From assembly GCA_964362645.1 (NCBI GenBank), contig CAYIFC010000002.1, forward strand, positions 1 through 35,330: DNA of 35,330 nucleotides. Direction: 5' to 3'. Below, piece after piece: positions 14,539-22,662 of this stretch. The first letter of the stretch is position 1. The number at the start of each line of letters is the position of its first letter. Position numbers and translations under genes: made by a program. The notes below the pieces were generated by a model, which was not told the DNA's origin, ran no database searches, and worked only from the letters and a program-made list of their open reading frames with translations. The DNA is from an uncultured Candidatus Saccharibacteria bacterium. Its GTDB lineage: Bacteria > Patescibacteriota > Minisyncoccia > Phycocordibacterales > JACOZG01.

Positions 14539-15229
14539 ATTAATTACAGAATTAGTCGAATCGGGAGAGGCTGGGGCATTGCACCATGCCTATACTTTGA
14601 TCGGGGCACCGGGTGAAGTACTTGAGCGATTGTTTACCACGCTAGAGAAGGTGAGCGCCGGAACGCTGGCTGGCAATCCGGATTTTTATTCTGCGCGCCA
14701 CGATGTGTTTGGGATTAATGAAAGTCGAGAATTGAGTACTCGGGCCGCCAACAAATCTTTCGCTGGCGGTAAGCGCTTCTATATTATTAGTGCCGAATCA
14801 TTTACGATTGAGGCCCAAAACGCTCTGCTTAAACTTTTTGAAGAGCCAACCGCTGGTACCCACTTTTTTATAATCATCCCACAGGTTGAGCGACTACTCG
14901 CTACCCTTCGTTCGCGCGTAGTGATCATTAATGTTGAAGGGGGAGAGAAAGAATCCGATTTAGCACAAAAATTTATTACCGCTTCTCCAGCCACACGCCT
15001 CAAGCTCATTGCGCCGCTAACTGAAGACGAAGTTGATCCGCAACTGGCGCGCAACTTTTTTACCGGTCTAGAAAAAGCTTTACATCAACGAATTCAAAAT
15101 AATTTTACGGATAAGAGTTTAATAGCTGCCTCTAAAGAGTTGTCGCGCGTCCAGAAGTATTGGAACGATCCTGCAGCCGCCCGCCGTCTTCTCCTTGAAC
15201 ACTTAGCTCTCGCTTTGCCCAAGTTTTAA
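14525..15229 (+). CDS. holB: DNA polymerase III delta'-like clamp-loader subunit
   Basis: HAYTLIGAPG and AQNALLKLFEEP match the LLKTLEEP-type motif, and LRSRV is also present. It is short at 234 aa, with a TTG start overlapping the end of mreB. Confidence 0.6.
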   Translation: MPSAKLITELVESGEAGALHHAYTLIGAPGEVLERLFTTLEKVSAGTLAGNPDFYSARHDVFGINESRELSTRAANKSFAGGKRFYIISAESFTIEAQNALLKLFEEPTAGTHFFIIIPQVERLLATLRSRVVIINVEGGEKESDLAQKFITASPATRLKLIAPLTEDEVDPQLARNFFTGLEKALHQRIQNNFTDKSLIAASKELSRVQKYWNDPAAARRLLLEHLALALPKF

Positions 15230-15232
15230 TCT

Positions 15233-16921
15233 CTACTGTACACTGCAGGGAGCTAATGGCGCAGAGGTTTGGAATCCACGCCGCGAACTACCGTCAATAT
15301 TAGTAATGGAGCAGGGTTCAGCGCCGCCGGGCCCGCCGTAAGGGACAAAGACGGCTGAGACAGTGTGGTTGGCCTGGATGTTACTAAAAGTATGAGTGGT
15401 GGTAGCTGGTTGAGTCGTGTTATCAATCAATAGATGGCTGATACCATAATTAGTGTTGGGAGTGAAGATGTAAGTTTGAGTAGCACCTTCGTTGACCGTG
15501 GTTACTCCAATCGGCGTGATTGTGCCGCCAGTGCTGGCTGGGGCAGTGAGAGTGAAGGTGAGGATGGGGGTTGGGGCCGCGTAGTTATAAATGTAAGCAT
15601 CGCCCGTGGCGTTTCCTAACCAATCGGCCATTTTAGCTCCGCCAATTATTTGATCGGCATTAATTACTACTGCGTTACCAAAGTTGTCATCATAAGAACC
15701 CCAAGGAGCGGGGGGTAATAGTTTTGGTTGTGCCTGCCAAACATTACCAACAAACAAAAATGGGTAAAGAGCGCCACGCTTTGTCACACCATCTGTGTCA
15801 CCCCAATTAGGACTACCGACCACTAACACATTTCCTTTAATTGTAATAGAGGTACCGAACCAATTTCCAGCCACAGAATCAGAACCAGTAAGTTTACTGT
15901 GGAAATTCCAGGTATTACCACTACGGTTAAAAACATAAGCGGCCCCAGCGTTACTTCCACGATCATCATCTCGTGAGGCTCCAATTACTAAATTACCGTC
16001 ATCAATATCAACTGATTCACCAAAGTTGTCACCACTACCGGCATCTGGTGCTTGAAGCCTTTGTTGGTACAGCCACAAAGTGCCATCAAAATTATATAAG
16101 TAGGCGGAGCCAAAATTTGTTCCACCCGGTTCATCATTACCATAAGCTCCAACGACTAAATTATTACCCGAAACGGCGAGTGCGGAACCAAAGAAGTCAT
16201 AATTTGCGCCATCGGGAGCACTAAGAATTTGGGTTTGGACCCAAGACGAACCATTGTAATTAAAAACAAAAACTTTTCCAATGTAGCTAGTGTCACCATA
16301 GGCACCAATGAACAATTGGGTACCAGAGATTGCCATCGCCGCGCCGAAAAAATTGCCGGGGATATTGGGTGAGGCAACTAATTTCTGACGATAGGTCCAA
16401 GTTGAGTTAATAAGCTCATACACATAAGCCGCGCCAGCCCCTTCGGCTCCGACAACGGCCCAAGAACCATCAACGGCGACGGCTTGTCCAAATCGATGAC
16501 CATTAGCGCCATCGGGAGCAATAAGTTTTTGGGTTGTTGTTGCCCAAGCTGTTGCTCGATTAGCGATATAGGCCGCGCCTTTTCCTGTCCCGCTAGGTCC
16601 ACCCGGAGCTCCGAAGAAGGCGGTGTTATGGTCGAGGGCGATACTTGTGGCAAATTGGTCTTGTGATCCGAGTCCCGTGGGACGAATTAGATTACTGCTG
16701 TTTATCACAAAATTTCCTTCGGTTAAAACTTGACTACCGACCGCGGCCTGTTGATTTTTGAGAGCAATCAAAGCTGCGACTTGGGCTCGTAATCGATAAA
16801 CTTGAGCCAAAAGATCATTCAGTGTTATCGCCGAAACAGTTTGGGCAAAAGTGAGGAAAGGGATAATTAAAGCAATTAATAATAAAAAGGTGAAAAGTGT
16901 TTGTTTGGGTTTAGTGAACAT
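15233..16921 (-). CDS. Secreted FG-GAP-like beta-propeller repeat protein with C-terminal InlB-B-repeat-like domain and Cys tail
   Basis: The signal peptide ends ...FLTFAQTVSA. There are at least 5 repeats of the pattern FG-x-(A/S)(V/I)-x-(I/V)-x-G-x-x-(L/V)-(V/I)-(V/I)-GA...G-(A/S)-AY-(V/L)-(Y/F). The C-terminus reads GGTITPIGVTTVNEGATQTYIFTPNTNYGISHLLIDN...FSNIQANHTVSAVF. Confidence 0.7.
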   Translation of the reverse strand: MFTKPKQTLFTFLLLIALIIPFLTFAQTVSAITLNDLLAQVYRLRAQVAALIALKNQQAAVGSQVLTEGNFVINSSNLIRPTGLGSQDQFATSIALDHNTAFFGAPGGPSGTGKGAAYIANRATAWATTTQKLIAPDGANGHRFGQAVAVDGSWAVVGAEGAGAAYVYELINSTWTYRQKLVASPNIPGNFFGAAMAISGTQLFIGAYGDTSYIGKVFVFNYNGSSWVQTQILSAPDGANYDFFGSALAVSGNNLVVGAYGNDEPGGTNFGSAYLYNFDGTLWLYQQRLQAPDAGSGDNFGESVDIDDGNLVIGASRDDDRGSNAGAAYVFNRSGNTWNFHSKLTGSDSVAGNWFGTSITIKGNVLVVGSPNWGDTDGVTKRGALYPFLFVGNVWQAQPKLLPPAPWGSYDDNFGNAVVINADQIIGGAKMADWLGNATGDAYIYNYAAPTPILTFTLTAPASTGGTITPIGVTTVNEGATQTYIFTPNTNYGISHLLIDNTTQPATTTHTFSNIQANHTVSAVFVPYGGPGGAEPCSITNIDGSSRRGFQTSAPLAPCSVQ

Positions 16922-16930
16922 GATTAAATT

Positions 16931-19015
16931 TTACTCCGCTAATGTTTCAGGCGCAATTACTGATTTAGGTTTTTTAATTGTCGGTGGGGGAGTGGTCGAT
17001 TGCGCGGCGCAATTCGGGTCTAAGGGGTTTAAATCGGCACTAGTTTGAGGTAGTCCGCCATTAGAGCGATTACCAGAACGATTGACGGTGCAGGGTTCGG
17101 AACCACCATTGCCCGGTCCGCCGGGAATGATTGGTTTAAATTTTACATCAATTATGTGGTTAGCTTGAATATGATTGAAAGTATAACTATTACCAGTCAG
17201 AGGAACATCACTCCCGTCTAAGTAAAAGTTTGTATAGAAACCAGTATTCGGTGTAAAAGTATAAGTTTTACTGCTGTCTTGCGGGACGATAACGAAACCA
17301 GTTGGCGATATTGTTCCACCAGAGTCGGCGGTGGCGGTGATGTTAAAGGTGGTGTAAATTGGCTGTCCCCCGTTAATTGGATATTGGTAGGGCACAAAGG
17401 TGCCGTTCAAATAAGTTTGCTTAATGGCGTCGTAAGTGGGTTTGAAGCCTTGGTTCCAAGCGTCGTAGTCATTTCCGACAGTGCCTCGTCGCTGAACACC
17501 ATTTAGATAAGCCATCATTGTTTGTACTTGGTCAATAGAAACATCCGACTCAGAGCTCAATTTATGTGATCCCCAATTTTGAGCGATACCGTAACCGGTA
17601 GACCAATAGTGCAAATAGGGGCTGGTGATTAAGTGGATTTCGACAATATCGCCGGGAATGTTGGAGCCAGTCTCACCAGCTAACTGGTAATTAGTGTAAG
17701 CATTAATATGGACGGCTTGAACACCGTCGGTCCGGACGGCGCGACTTTGGAATGGACCCAAGGCTTCCCACGAACTATGGTGGAAGATAATTCCATCGTC
17801 ACCAATATCCCGCCTAACCTGCTTGGTAAATTCATAAGTTTGCATAAAATCACCGGCAATCATCCCGTCAAAAAACCAACCATCGAGATCATAATTTTGT
17901 TGGAAACCTCTCATCCATTCGAGAGTTGTATTTACTGTTTGGGTACCCCACCAATTAGTATCTCCAGGTTCGTAGAGATAAGTAATAATTTTAAAACCTT
18001 TGGAATGGGCAAGAGTAATAAAGTCGTGAATTAGTTGAGGTGAACGATACTCGTAGCCCAAAATACCATTTGGGGGTTGGGGGCAAACATCGGACCAATC
18101 AATAGCGTTACACCCCCCCAGCTCGCTACCTAAGGGGGAGTTATACAATTCACTAAATAAAGCAATCACCCCAAATCCATCAGCGGCATCTTGGTCAAGT
18201 TCAGATCCTGAATTGGCCATCCATTCTTGAATATGTTCATCATCATAAAAAAACTGGACAAACGGCCGAGCGTTAGCCCCATACAAACCCTCAAGATCAA
18301 ACAGTTTCGGCGGAAAGGCCATGTGGGCCATAGTTTCGCCGGTATCAAGCTCAATATCGGTTGTGTCATCAGCATAATTATCTACAAGGGGACTGCCGGT
18401 GACTTCGGTGTGCATCGAGCCACCGTAACCATCAGTCCACATTCGATCTTGGCGCGAGACATCGTGTCTATTCCACGGGGCATTGGTGACTAAGTTGTGA
18501 TGTGTGTATTGTAAACCATCTTGCTTGGCCTTTAGTAGTACCAATGAATCTGACATGAAAGTGAAGTCTGCTTTAGCGCTCCCCATCACCACTTTTTCTG
18601 AATCGGAGAAAGAGACGGTAAAAGGTCCCCAACTATTGACGGCCGTGAGTCTCGCCACCAAGCGGGGATTTTGGGTGTTATTAGTGGCTGGATCAATCAT
18701 ACGCCACATTTCTAATGAATCATCGGTTAACACATAACGGACGCCAGTAGTAATGATGGTGGTTCGGTCAAGAACTTGATTTTGATTCGCGCTGACAATT
18801 TTCATCCCATAGAAGCCCTGGCCATCAACAGGGATGATGTTATTCCCATTTACATTAGGCGCTTGAACCGGAATCGGGTTAACTAAAGAAAAATTAGATA
18901 AAAAGGGGACTCGATTCACCAACTCACCCGGAATATCAGGATTAAAATTTATGTAGCCGAAAGCAATTAGAAAAACAAAGGCAATAACAATTACTGGCAG
19001 ATGGGTTTTTTTCAT
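16931..19015 (-). CDS. Large secreted/anchored protein (central region possibly TIM-barrel glycosidase-like) with the same C-terminal repeat domain and Cys tail
   Basis: The N-terminal anchor is MKKTHLPVIVIAFVFLIAFGYI. The C-terminus reads GGTISPTGFVIVPQDSSKTYTFTPNTGFYTNFYLDG...FNHIQANHIIDVKF, followed by PGGPGNGGSEPC...QTSADL...C. Assignment of the central domain is weak. Confidence 0.6.
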   Translation of the reverse strand: MKKTHLPVIVIAFVFLIAFGYINFNPDIPGELVNRVPFLSNFSLVNPIPVQAPNVNGNNIIPVDGQGFYGMKIVSANQNQVLDRTTIITTGVRYVLTDDSLEMWRMIDPATNNTQNPRLVARLTAVNSWGPFTVSFSDSEKVVMGSAKADFTFMSDSLVLLKAKQDGLQYTHHNLVTNAPWNRHDVSRQDRMWTDGYGGSMHTEVTGSPLVDNYADDTTDIELDTGETMAHMAFPPKLFDLEGLYGANARPFVQFFYDDEHIQEWMANSGSELDQDAADGFGVIALFSELYNSPLGSELGGCNAIDWSDVCPQPPNGILGYEYRSPQLIHDFITLAHSKGFKIITYLYEPGDTNWWGTQTVNTTLEWMRGFQQNYDLDGWFFDGMIAGDFMQTYEFTKQVRRDIGDDGIIFHHSSWEALGPFQSRAVRTDGVQAVHINAYTNYQLAGETGSNIPGDIVEIHLITSPYLHYWSTGYGIAQNWGSHKLSSESDVSIDQVQTMMAYLNGVQRRGTVGNDYDAWNQGFKPTYDAIKQTYLNGTFVPYQYPINGGQPIYTTFNITATADSGGTISPTGFVIVPQDSSKTYTFTPNTGFYTNFYLDGSDVPLTGNSYTFNHIQANHIIDVKFKPIIPGGPGNGGSEPCTVNRSGNRSNGGLPQTSADLNPLDPNCAAQSTTPPPTIKKPKSVIAPETLAE

Positions 19016-19051
19016 ATAGAAAATTATATCACAGCATGTTAAGCTAATGGT

Positions 19052-19603
19052 GTGGATTACAATTTTTCAAAAACTAAGGAAGAAATTAAACGAACTGAAT
19101 TGTGGTTAAGCGCCGAGTTTAGTAAGTTGCGCACGGGTCGGGCAACCCCGTCAATTCTTGATGGGGTTCTCGTTACGGCTTATGATGGCAAAATGCCAAT
19201 TCGCGAATTGGCCGCGGTTTCGATTGAAGAGGCGCGTGTTTTACGAGTGGCACCTTGGGATAAAGGCGTGACTAAGGAGATCGAAAGTGCCATCGTCGCT
19301 TCTAATTTGGGCGTTTCCGTTTCGGTTGATGGTTCCGGTTTGCGGGTCATCTTTCCCGAACTCACGACCGAGAACCGCGAGAAGATCGTTAAGTTGGCTA
19401 AGAGCAAGCTTGAGGAGGCGCGCGTGGCTTTGCGCCGCACACGCGACGAAGTTTGGAGTAAGATCCAGGCTGATGAGCGTGAGGGCAAAATGTCGGAAGA
19501 CGAAAAGTTTCGTTTTAAGGAAGAATTACAAAAGTTTATAGACGGTGGCAACACCAAACTTGAAGAGTTGACCACTAAAAAAGAGAAAGAAATTTTAGGC
19601 TAA
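19052..19603 (+). CDS. frr: Ribosome recycling factor
   Basis: The sequence LSAEFSKLRTGRATPSILDGVLVTAYDGKMPIRELAAVSIEEARVLRVAPWDK is typical of RRF. The start is GTG. Confidence 0.9.
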   Translation: MDYNFSKTKEEIKRTELWLSAEFSKLRTGRATPSILDGVLVTAYDGKMPIRELAAVSIEEARVLRVAPWDKGVTKEIESAIVASNLGVSVSVDGSGLRVIFPELTTENREKIVKLAKSKLEEARVALRRTRDEVWSKIQADEREGKMSEDEKFRFKEELQKFIDGGNTKLEELTTKKEKEILG

Positions 19604-19606
19604 CAA

Positions 19607-20707
19607 ATGTCAGTAATTATTTTCATAATTGTTTTAAGTATTTTGATCTTTTCCCACGAGTTGGGGCACTTTTTAGCGGCGCGATCGGTGCGGATTAGGG
19701 TTGATGAGTTTGCGATCGGGTTTCCACCCCGCCTCTTCTCCTGGAAACGTGGCGAGACAACTTATGCGCTCAACCTAATTCCTTTTGGTGGTTATGTTAA
19801 AATTTTCGGCGAGAATCCTGATGAAGAGTCGCTCACTGGACCAGACGCTTCGCGCAGTATTTCTAATAAGTCTAAATGGGCGCAGGCTTGGGTTTTGGTA
19901 GCTGGTATATTATTTAACCTTTTATTAGCCTGGCTTTTGATTGTTTTGGCTTATAGCACCGTTGGTTTACCCACGGCGCGCGAGTCCGTGCCAGAGGGTT
20001 ATATTTTAACAAATGACCAACTTTTGATCGCTGGAGTTGCCCCCGATTCACCAGCCGCTCTCGCCGAGCTTAAGCCTGGCGATGTCGTCGAATCAGTTGC
20101 GTTACCTGGTCAGCCCGTAGTAGAAAATCCAACTAGTATTGAGGTCCAAAAACTTGTTGCTGAAGCCAATAATCAGATTGTAACTGTTGCAATTAGTAGA
20201 GCAGGGGATCAGTTGGTTAAAGAAATTACGCCAACAGTGGTTGGCGCTGAACCACCGCGACTTGGCATCCAGATGGCCGAGGTGGGTACGCTCGGTTTGC
20301 CAATCCATAAGGCCATTACTTTCGGCACTTCGGTCACGCTTAATTTAATTAAGGAAACAGGTAAGGCGCTCGCGCTCTTCCTCGCCTCTCTCTTTCAGGG
20401 CGATGGTGACGCGTTGTCTCAAGTTACCGGTCCGGTTGGACTAGTAGGTATAGTCGGTGGCGCGGCTCGAATTGGTTTGGGTTATCTTATGTCGCTGACG
20501 GCCTTAATTTCAATCAATCTCGCACTACTGAATCTCATACCCTTCCCAGCGCTCGACGGCGGCCGAGTTCTCTTTCTTGCCATTGAAGCAGTTAAAGGTT
20601 CGCCTATTAAACCTAAGGTTGCGAACACCGTTAATGTTGTTGGCTTCTCGCTCCTTATCCTCCTTATGGTTTTCGTGACGGTGAGCGACATTTTCAGGTT
20701 GTTTTAG
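19607..20707 (+). CDS. rseP: RIP site-2 metalloprotease (M50 family, RseP-like) with PDZ domain
   Basis: It has the HELGHF zinc motif, a PDZ-like segment (AGVAPDSPAALAELKPGDVV) and the C-terminal NLIPFPALDGG motif. Confidence 0.88.
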   Translation: MSVIIFIIVLSILIFSHELGHFLAARSVRIRVDEFAIGFPPRLFSWKRGETTYALNLIPFGGYVKIFGENPDEESLTGPDASRSISNKSKWAQAWVLVAGILFNLLLAWLLIVLAYSTVGLPTARESVPEGYILTNDQLLIAGVAPDSPAALAELKPGDVVESVALPGQPVVENPTSIEVQKLVAEANNQIVTVAISRAGDQLVKEITPTVVGAEPPRLGIQMAEVGTLGLPIHKAITFGTSVTLNLIKETGKALALFLASLFQGDGDALSQVTGPVGLVGIVGGAARIGLGYLMSLTALISINLALLNLIPFPALDGGRVLFLAIEAVKGSPIKPKVANTVNVVGFSLLILLMVFVTVSDIFRLF

Positions 20708-20710
20708 AAT

Positions 20711-20743
20711 ACCTCACCCCCAGCCCCTAGGAGAGGGGAGAAG
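20711..20743. repeat. Palindromic element copy C (truncated, inverted relative to copies at 22566 and 29939)
   Basis: The sequence is acctcacccccagcccctaggagaggggag. Its reverse complement, ctcccctctcctagg..ggctgggggtgaggt, matches both ends of the 22566-22616 element. Confidence 0.5.
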
Positions 20744-20749
20744 TAAAGG

Positions 20750-20902
20750 TTAGCGATCGAAATTAATGGTCCTCATCATGATCATCACAACGAGCATTTG
20801 TACGATCAGGAAAGAACAAAATATCTAGAGAGTGTAAATATTAAAATAATTAGATTCAAAAACGAAGACGTGGTAAATAATCTTACAGGCCGGGTGCGAT
20901 AG
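20750..20902 (+). pseudogene. C-terminal remnant of a DUF559 (Vsr-like) endonuclease gene
   Basis: Translation gives LAIEINGPHHDHHNEHLYDQERTKYLESVNIKIIRFKNEDVVNNLTGRVR*, which matches the conserved A-I-E-(I/V)-D-G...R...L...G..V.RF.N.DV end of DUF559 proteins. An in-frame TAA lies at 20744-20746 and there is no start codon. Confidence 0.6.
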
Positions 20903-20915
20903 AATCTATTGCAAC

Positions 20916-20948
20916 AAAAAACCCGTGCAAGATGAAATCTTGCACGGG
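20916..20948 (-). terminator. Intrinsic terminator of the SPFH operon (minus strand)
   Basis: A 12-bp stem cccgtgcaagat/atcttgcacggg (20922-20948) is followed on the minus strand by a T-run (plus-strand A-run 20916-20921). Confidence 0.8.
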
Positions 20949-20972
20949 GGCGCTGACAGTGTCAGCCAAAGA

Positions 20973-21920
20973 TCAATTTTCTATTTGCTCGATCGGCTTT
21001 TGGTCCTTTTTTAACTCAGGATGAGGACCTTCTGGTTTTAACATTTGCGCTAGGTTGGCGTTTGCCAACATGGCGCGCATTTGACCGGGGTCAGTTGCGA
21101 AAGGATAAAGGATGAAGCAATTGTTGGGTCCCATCGCAGCTTGTCCCATAACTCGAATTTGATGCCACATGAGATACTCGGGTGATCCTGCTAACTTGGC
21201 CTTAATGATGTCGATCGATTCGGCCACTGCCTCGGCCTTTTTTACTTCGACCAACTTATTGGCTTCCTCCACTTGCAGTCGGCCTTCGGCGCGCTTGAGC
21301 TCGGCTCGAACTTGGGCAGTTTCGGCAGCCTCGCTGAGTTGAATCTTTACCAAGTCTTCCTGAGCTCTTGTTATCGAGTCGGGCCAGTCATAGTTGGTGA
21401 TCTGAGCATCCTCGACTATAAGCGGTGTTGCTAAGGCCATCTCTGTGATTTGTTTTCTCACTTCATTGGCCAAGGCCGGGCTATTAGCGACGGCTGTTTG
21501 AATGTCTGGCTGGATTTCGAAGACCTGACGGGGGACTGACTGAGCTTTCATCTTCAGGAAAGTGTCGTAAAGTTGATCCACCGTAATTTGTTTATTAGCA
21601 GCCGTTACACTTTCGAACACTTTTTTTATTTGTTCTTTATTGTCTGTGTTTGCTCTTACCCGGATGGAAAAGTCAACCCTCAAATTGACCTTACCTCCCA
21701 CCAGGATGTTCATTTTCTCATTGAAGGTTTTGTTGGTTACGTCAACCAGATATATTTGGTCACGTCCCCAACAGGAATGAAGGCCTGGGTAGAGCAATTC
21801 CTCGCTCCAGCCGCTGCCCGTGTTCACTCTCCCGACTGTCCCAGGCAGTACTCTCTCGTTACAGGCGGTGAGGAAGGGCATAACTCCGACAAAAAGAATA
21901 ACTAGCGACATCTTCTTCAT
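20973..21920 (-). CDS. SPFH/Band-7 (prohibitin-like) lipoprotein
   Basis: I set the start at ATG 21920, with AGGAG 6 nt upstream. MKKMSLVILFVGVMPFLTAC carries a lipobox. An SPFH-like core is followed by a long charged coiled coil. The ORF-track start 21974 adds 18 residues without an RBS. Confidence 0.75.
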   Translation of the reverse strand: MKKMSLVILFVGVMPFLTACNERVLPGTVGRVNTGSGWSEELLYPGLHSCWGRDQIYLVDVTNKTFNEKMNILVGGKVNLRVDFSIRVRANTDNKEQIKKVFESVTAANKQITVDQLYDTFLKMKAQSVPRQVFEIQPDIQTAVANSPALANEVRKQITEMALATPLIVEDAQITNYDWPDSITRAQEDLVKIQLSEAAETAQVRAELKRAEGRLQVEEANKLVEVKKAEAVAESIDIIKAKLAGSPEYLMWHQIRVMGQAAMGPNNCFILYPFATDPGQMRAMLANANLAQMLKPEGPHPELKKDQKPIEQIEN

Positions 21921-21996
21921 CTGACTCTCCTTTGTAGGTTGTTTGTTCCAAGGAGCCACAACGTGTGGTTCCAAGTTGTCGTAATCCTGGCTTCCT

Positions 21997-22467
21997 TCAG
22001 GGTTGTTGGCCTGAGCGTTGGCGGATTTTTTCCGCTTCCCGTTTCATTGACTGGTCAAACGCCGACTGGGCTTCTTCGTGAGGTTTAGTTTCACTCTCCT
22101 TTTTTTGTTCGCTACGTTTTTCCGCCATTTCTTTTTCGGTTGGTGGAATGGTAGACAGGACTTTTTCTTGTTGGGCCAGCTCGGCCGGGTTTTGGTAGGT
22201 GGAAATACTTGTTGTTTTTTTCTGGAGGATAGACCAGCTGGTTGTGACCCCAACGATATAGGTGATCACCAGCACCAAGGTCCCTATTGTCGGAAGCACT
22301 GGAGATAGAGGTCTCGCCGTATTGGTGAAGTTGTGTACGGCTTTGTCGATGCGTTCCAAATATCGTCTCCACCCTGACCAAACAAGCGAAAAGAGGAGAA
22401 TGCCTGTTACCGATGCTGCAAGCACAAAAAGCGGACCAGAAATAGCAGTTTTTTCAACGATCATCAT
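21997..22467 (-). CDS. Two-TM membrane protein with Lys/Glu-rich tail, first gene of the SPFH operon
   Basis: The hydrophobic segments are ISGPLFVLAASVTGILLFSLVW and LPTIGTLVLVITYIVGV. GGAG lies upstream of the ATG. A putative promoter, TTGACT-17-TAGTAC, lies on the minus strand at 22557-22529. Confidence 0.55.
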   Translation of the reverse strand: MMIVEKTAISGPLFVLAASVTGILLFSLVWSGWRRYLERIDKAVHNFTNTARPLSPVLPTIGTLVLVITYIVGVTTSWSILQKKTTSISTYQNPAELAQQEKVLSTIPPTEKEMAEKRSEQKKESETKPHEEAQSAFDQSMKREAEKIRQRSGQQP

Positions 22468-22565
22468 TTTTCTCCGTGTTTGTCAAATACCTAATGAAAG
22501 AGCCAAACACGTTGTCGGGCTCTTTCTAGTACTAACAAATAATCAGTAAAAAGTCAACCTCCGGA

Positions 22566-22616
22566 TTTAACCCTCTCCTAGGATAGGAGAGGGTGGCCAG
22601 CAGGCCGGGTGAGGTA
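22566..22616. repeat. Palindromic intergenic element copy A
   Basis: The sequence is tttaaccctctcctaggataggagagggtggccagcaggccgggtgaggta. It has a 9-bp hairpin (ccctctcct/aggagaggg) and a second small hairpin (ggcc-agca-ggcc). It is similar to 29939-29995. Confidence 0.6.
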
Positions 22617-22626
22617 AAATGTTATT

Positions 22627-22656
22627 TTGACCTCGTGTGCCAAATTAGCGTAAGAT
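22627..22656 (+). promoter_or_regulatory. Putative proS promoter TTGACC-18 nt-TAAGAT, with the -10 box 6 nt from the ATG
   Basis: TTGACC is at 22627-22632, TAAGAT at 22651-22656 and the ATG at 22663. This spacing implies a leaderless or near-leaderless mRNA. Confidence 0.5.
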
Positions 22657-22662
22657 ACGAGG

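Noticed and set aside
21921-21974. Upstream 18-codon extension of the SPFH lipoprotein
   Set aside because: AGGAG lies 6 nt before ATG 21920, and the signal peptide with its lipobox starts there. The extension has no RBS.
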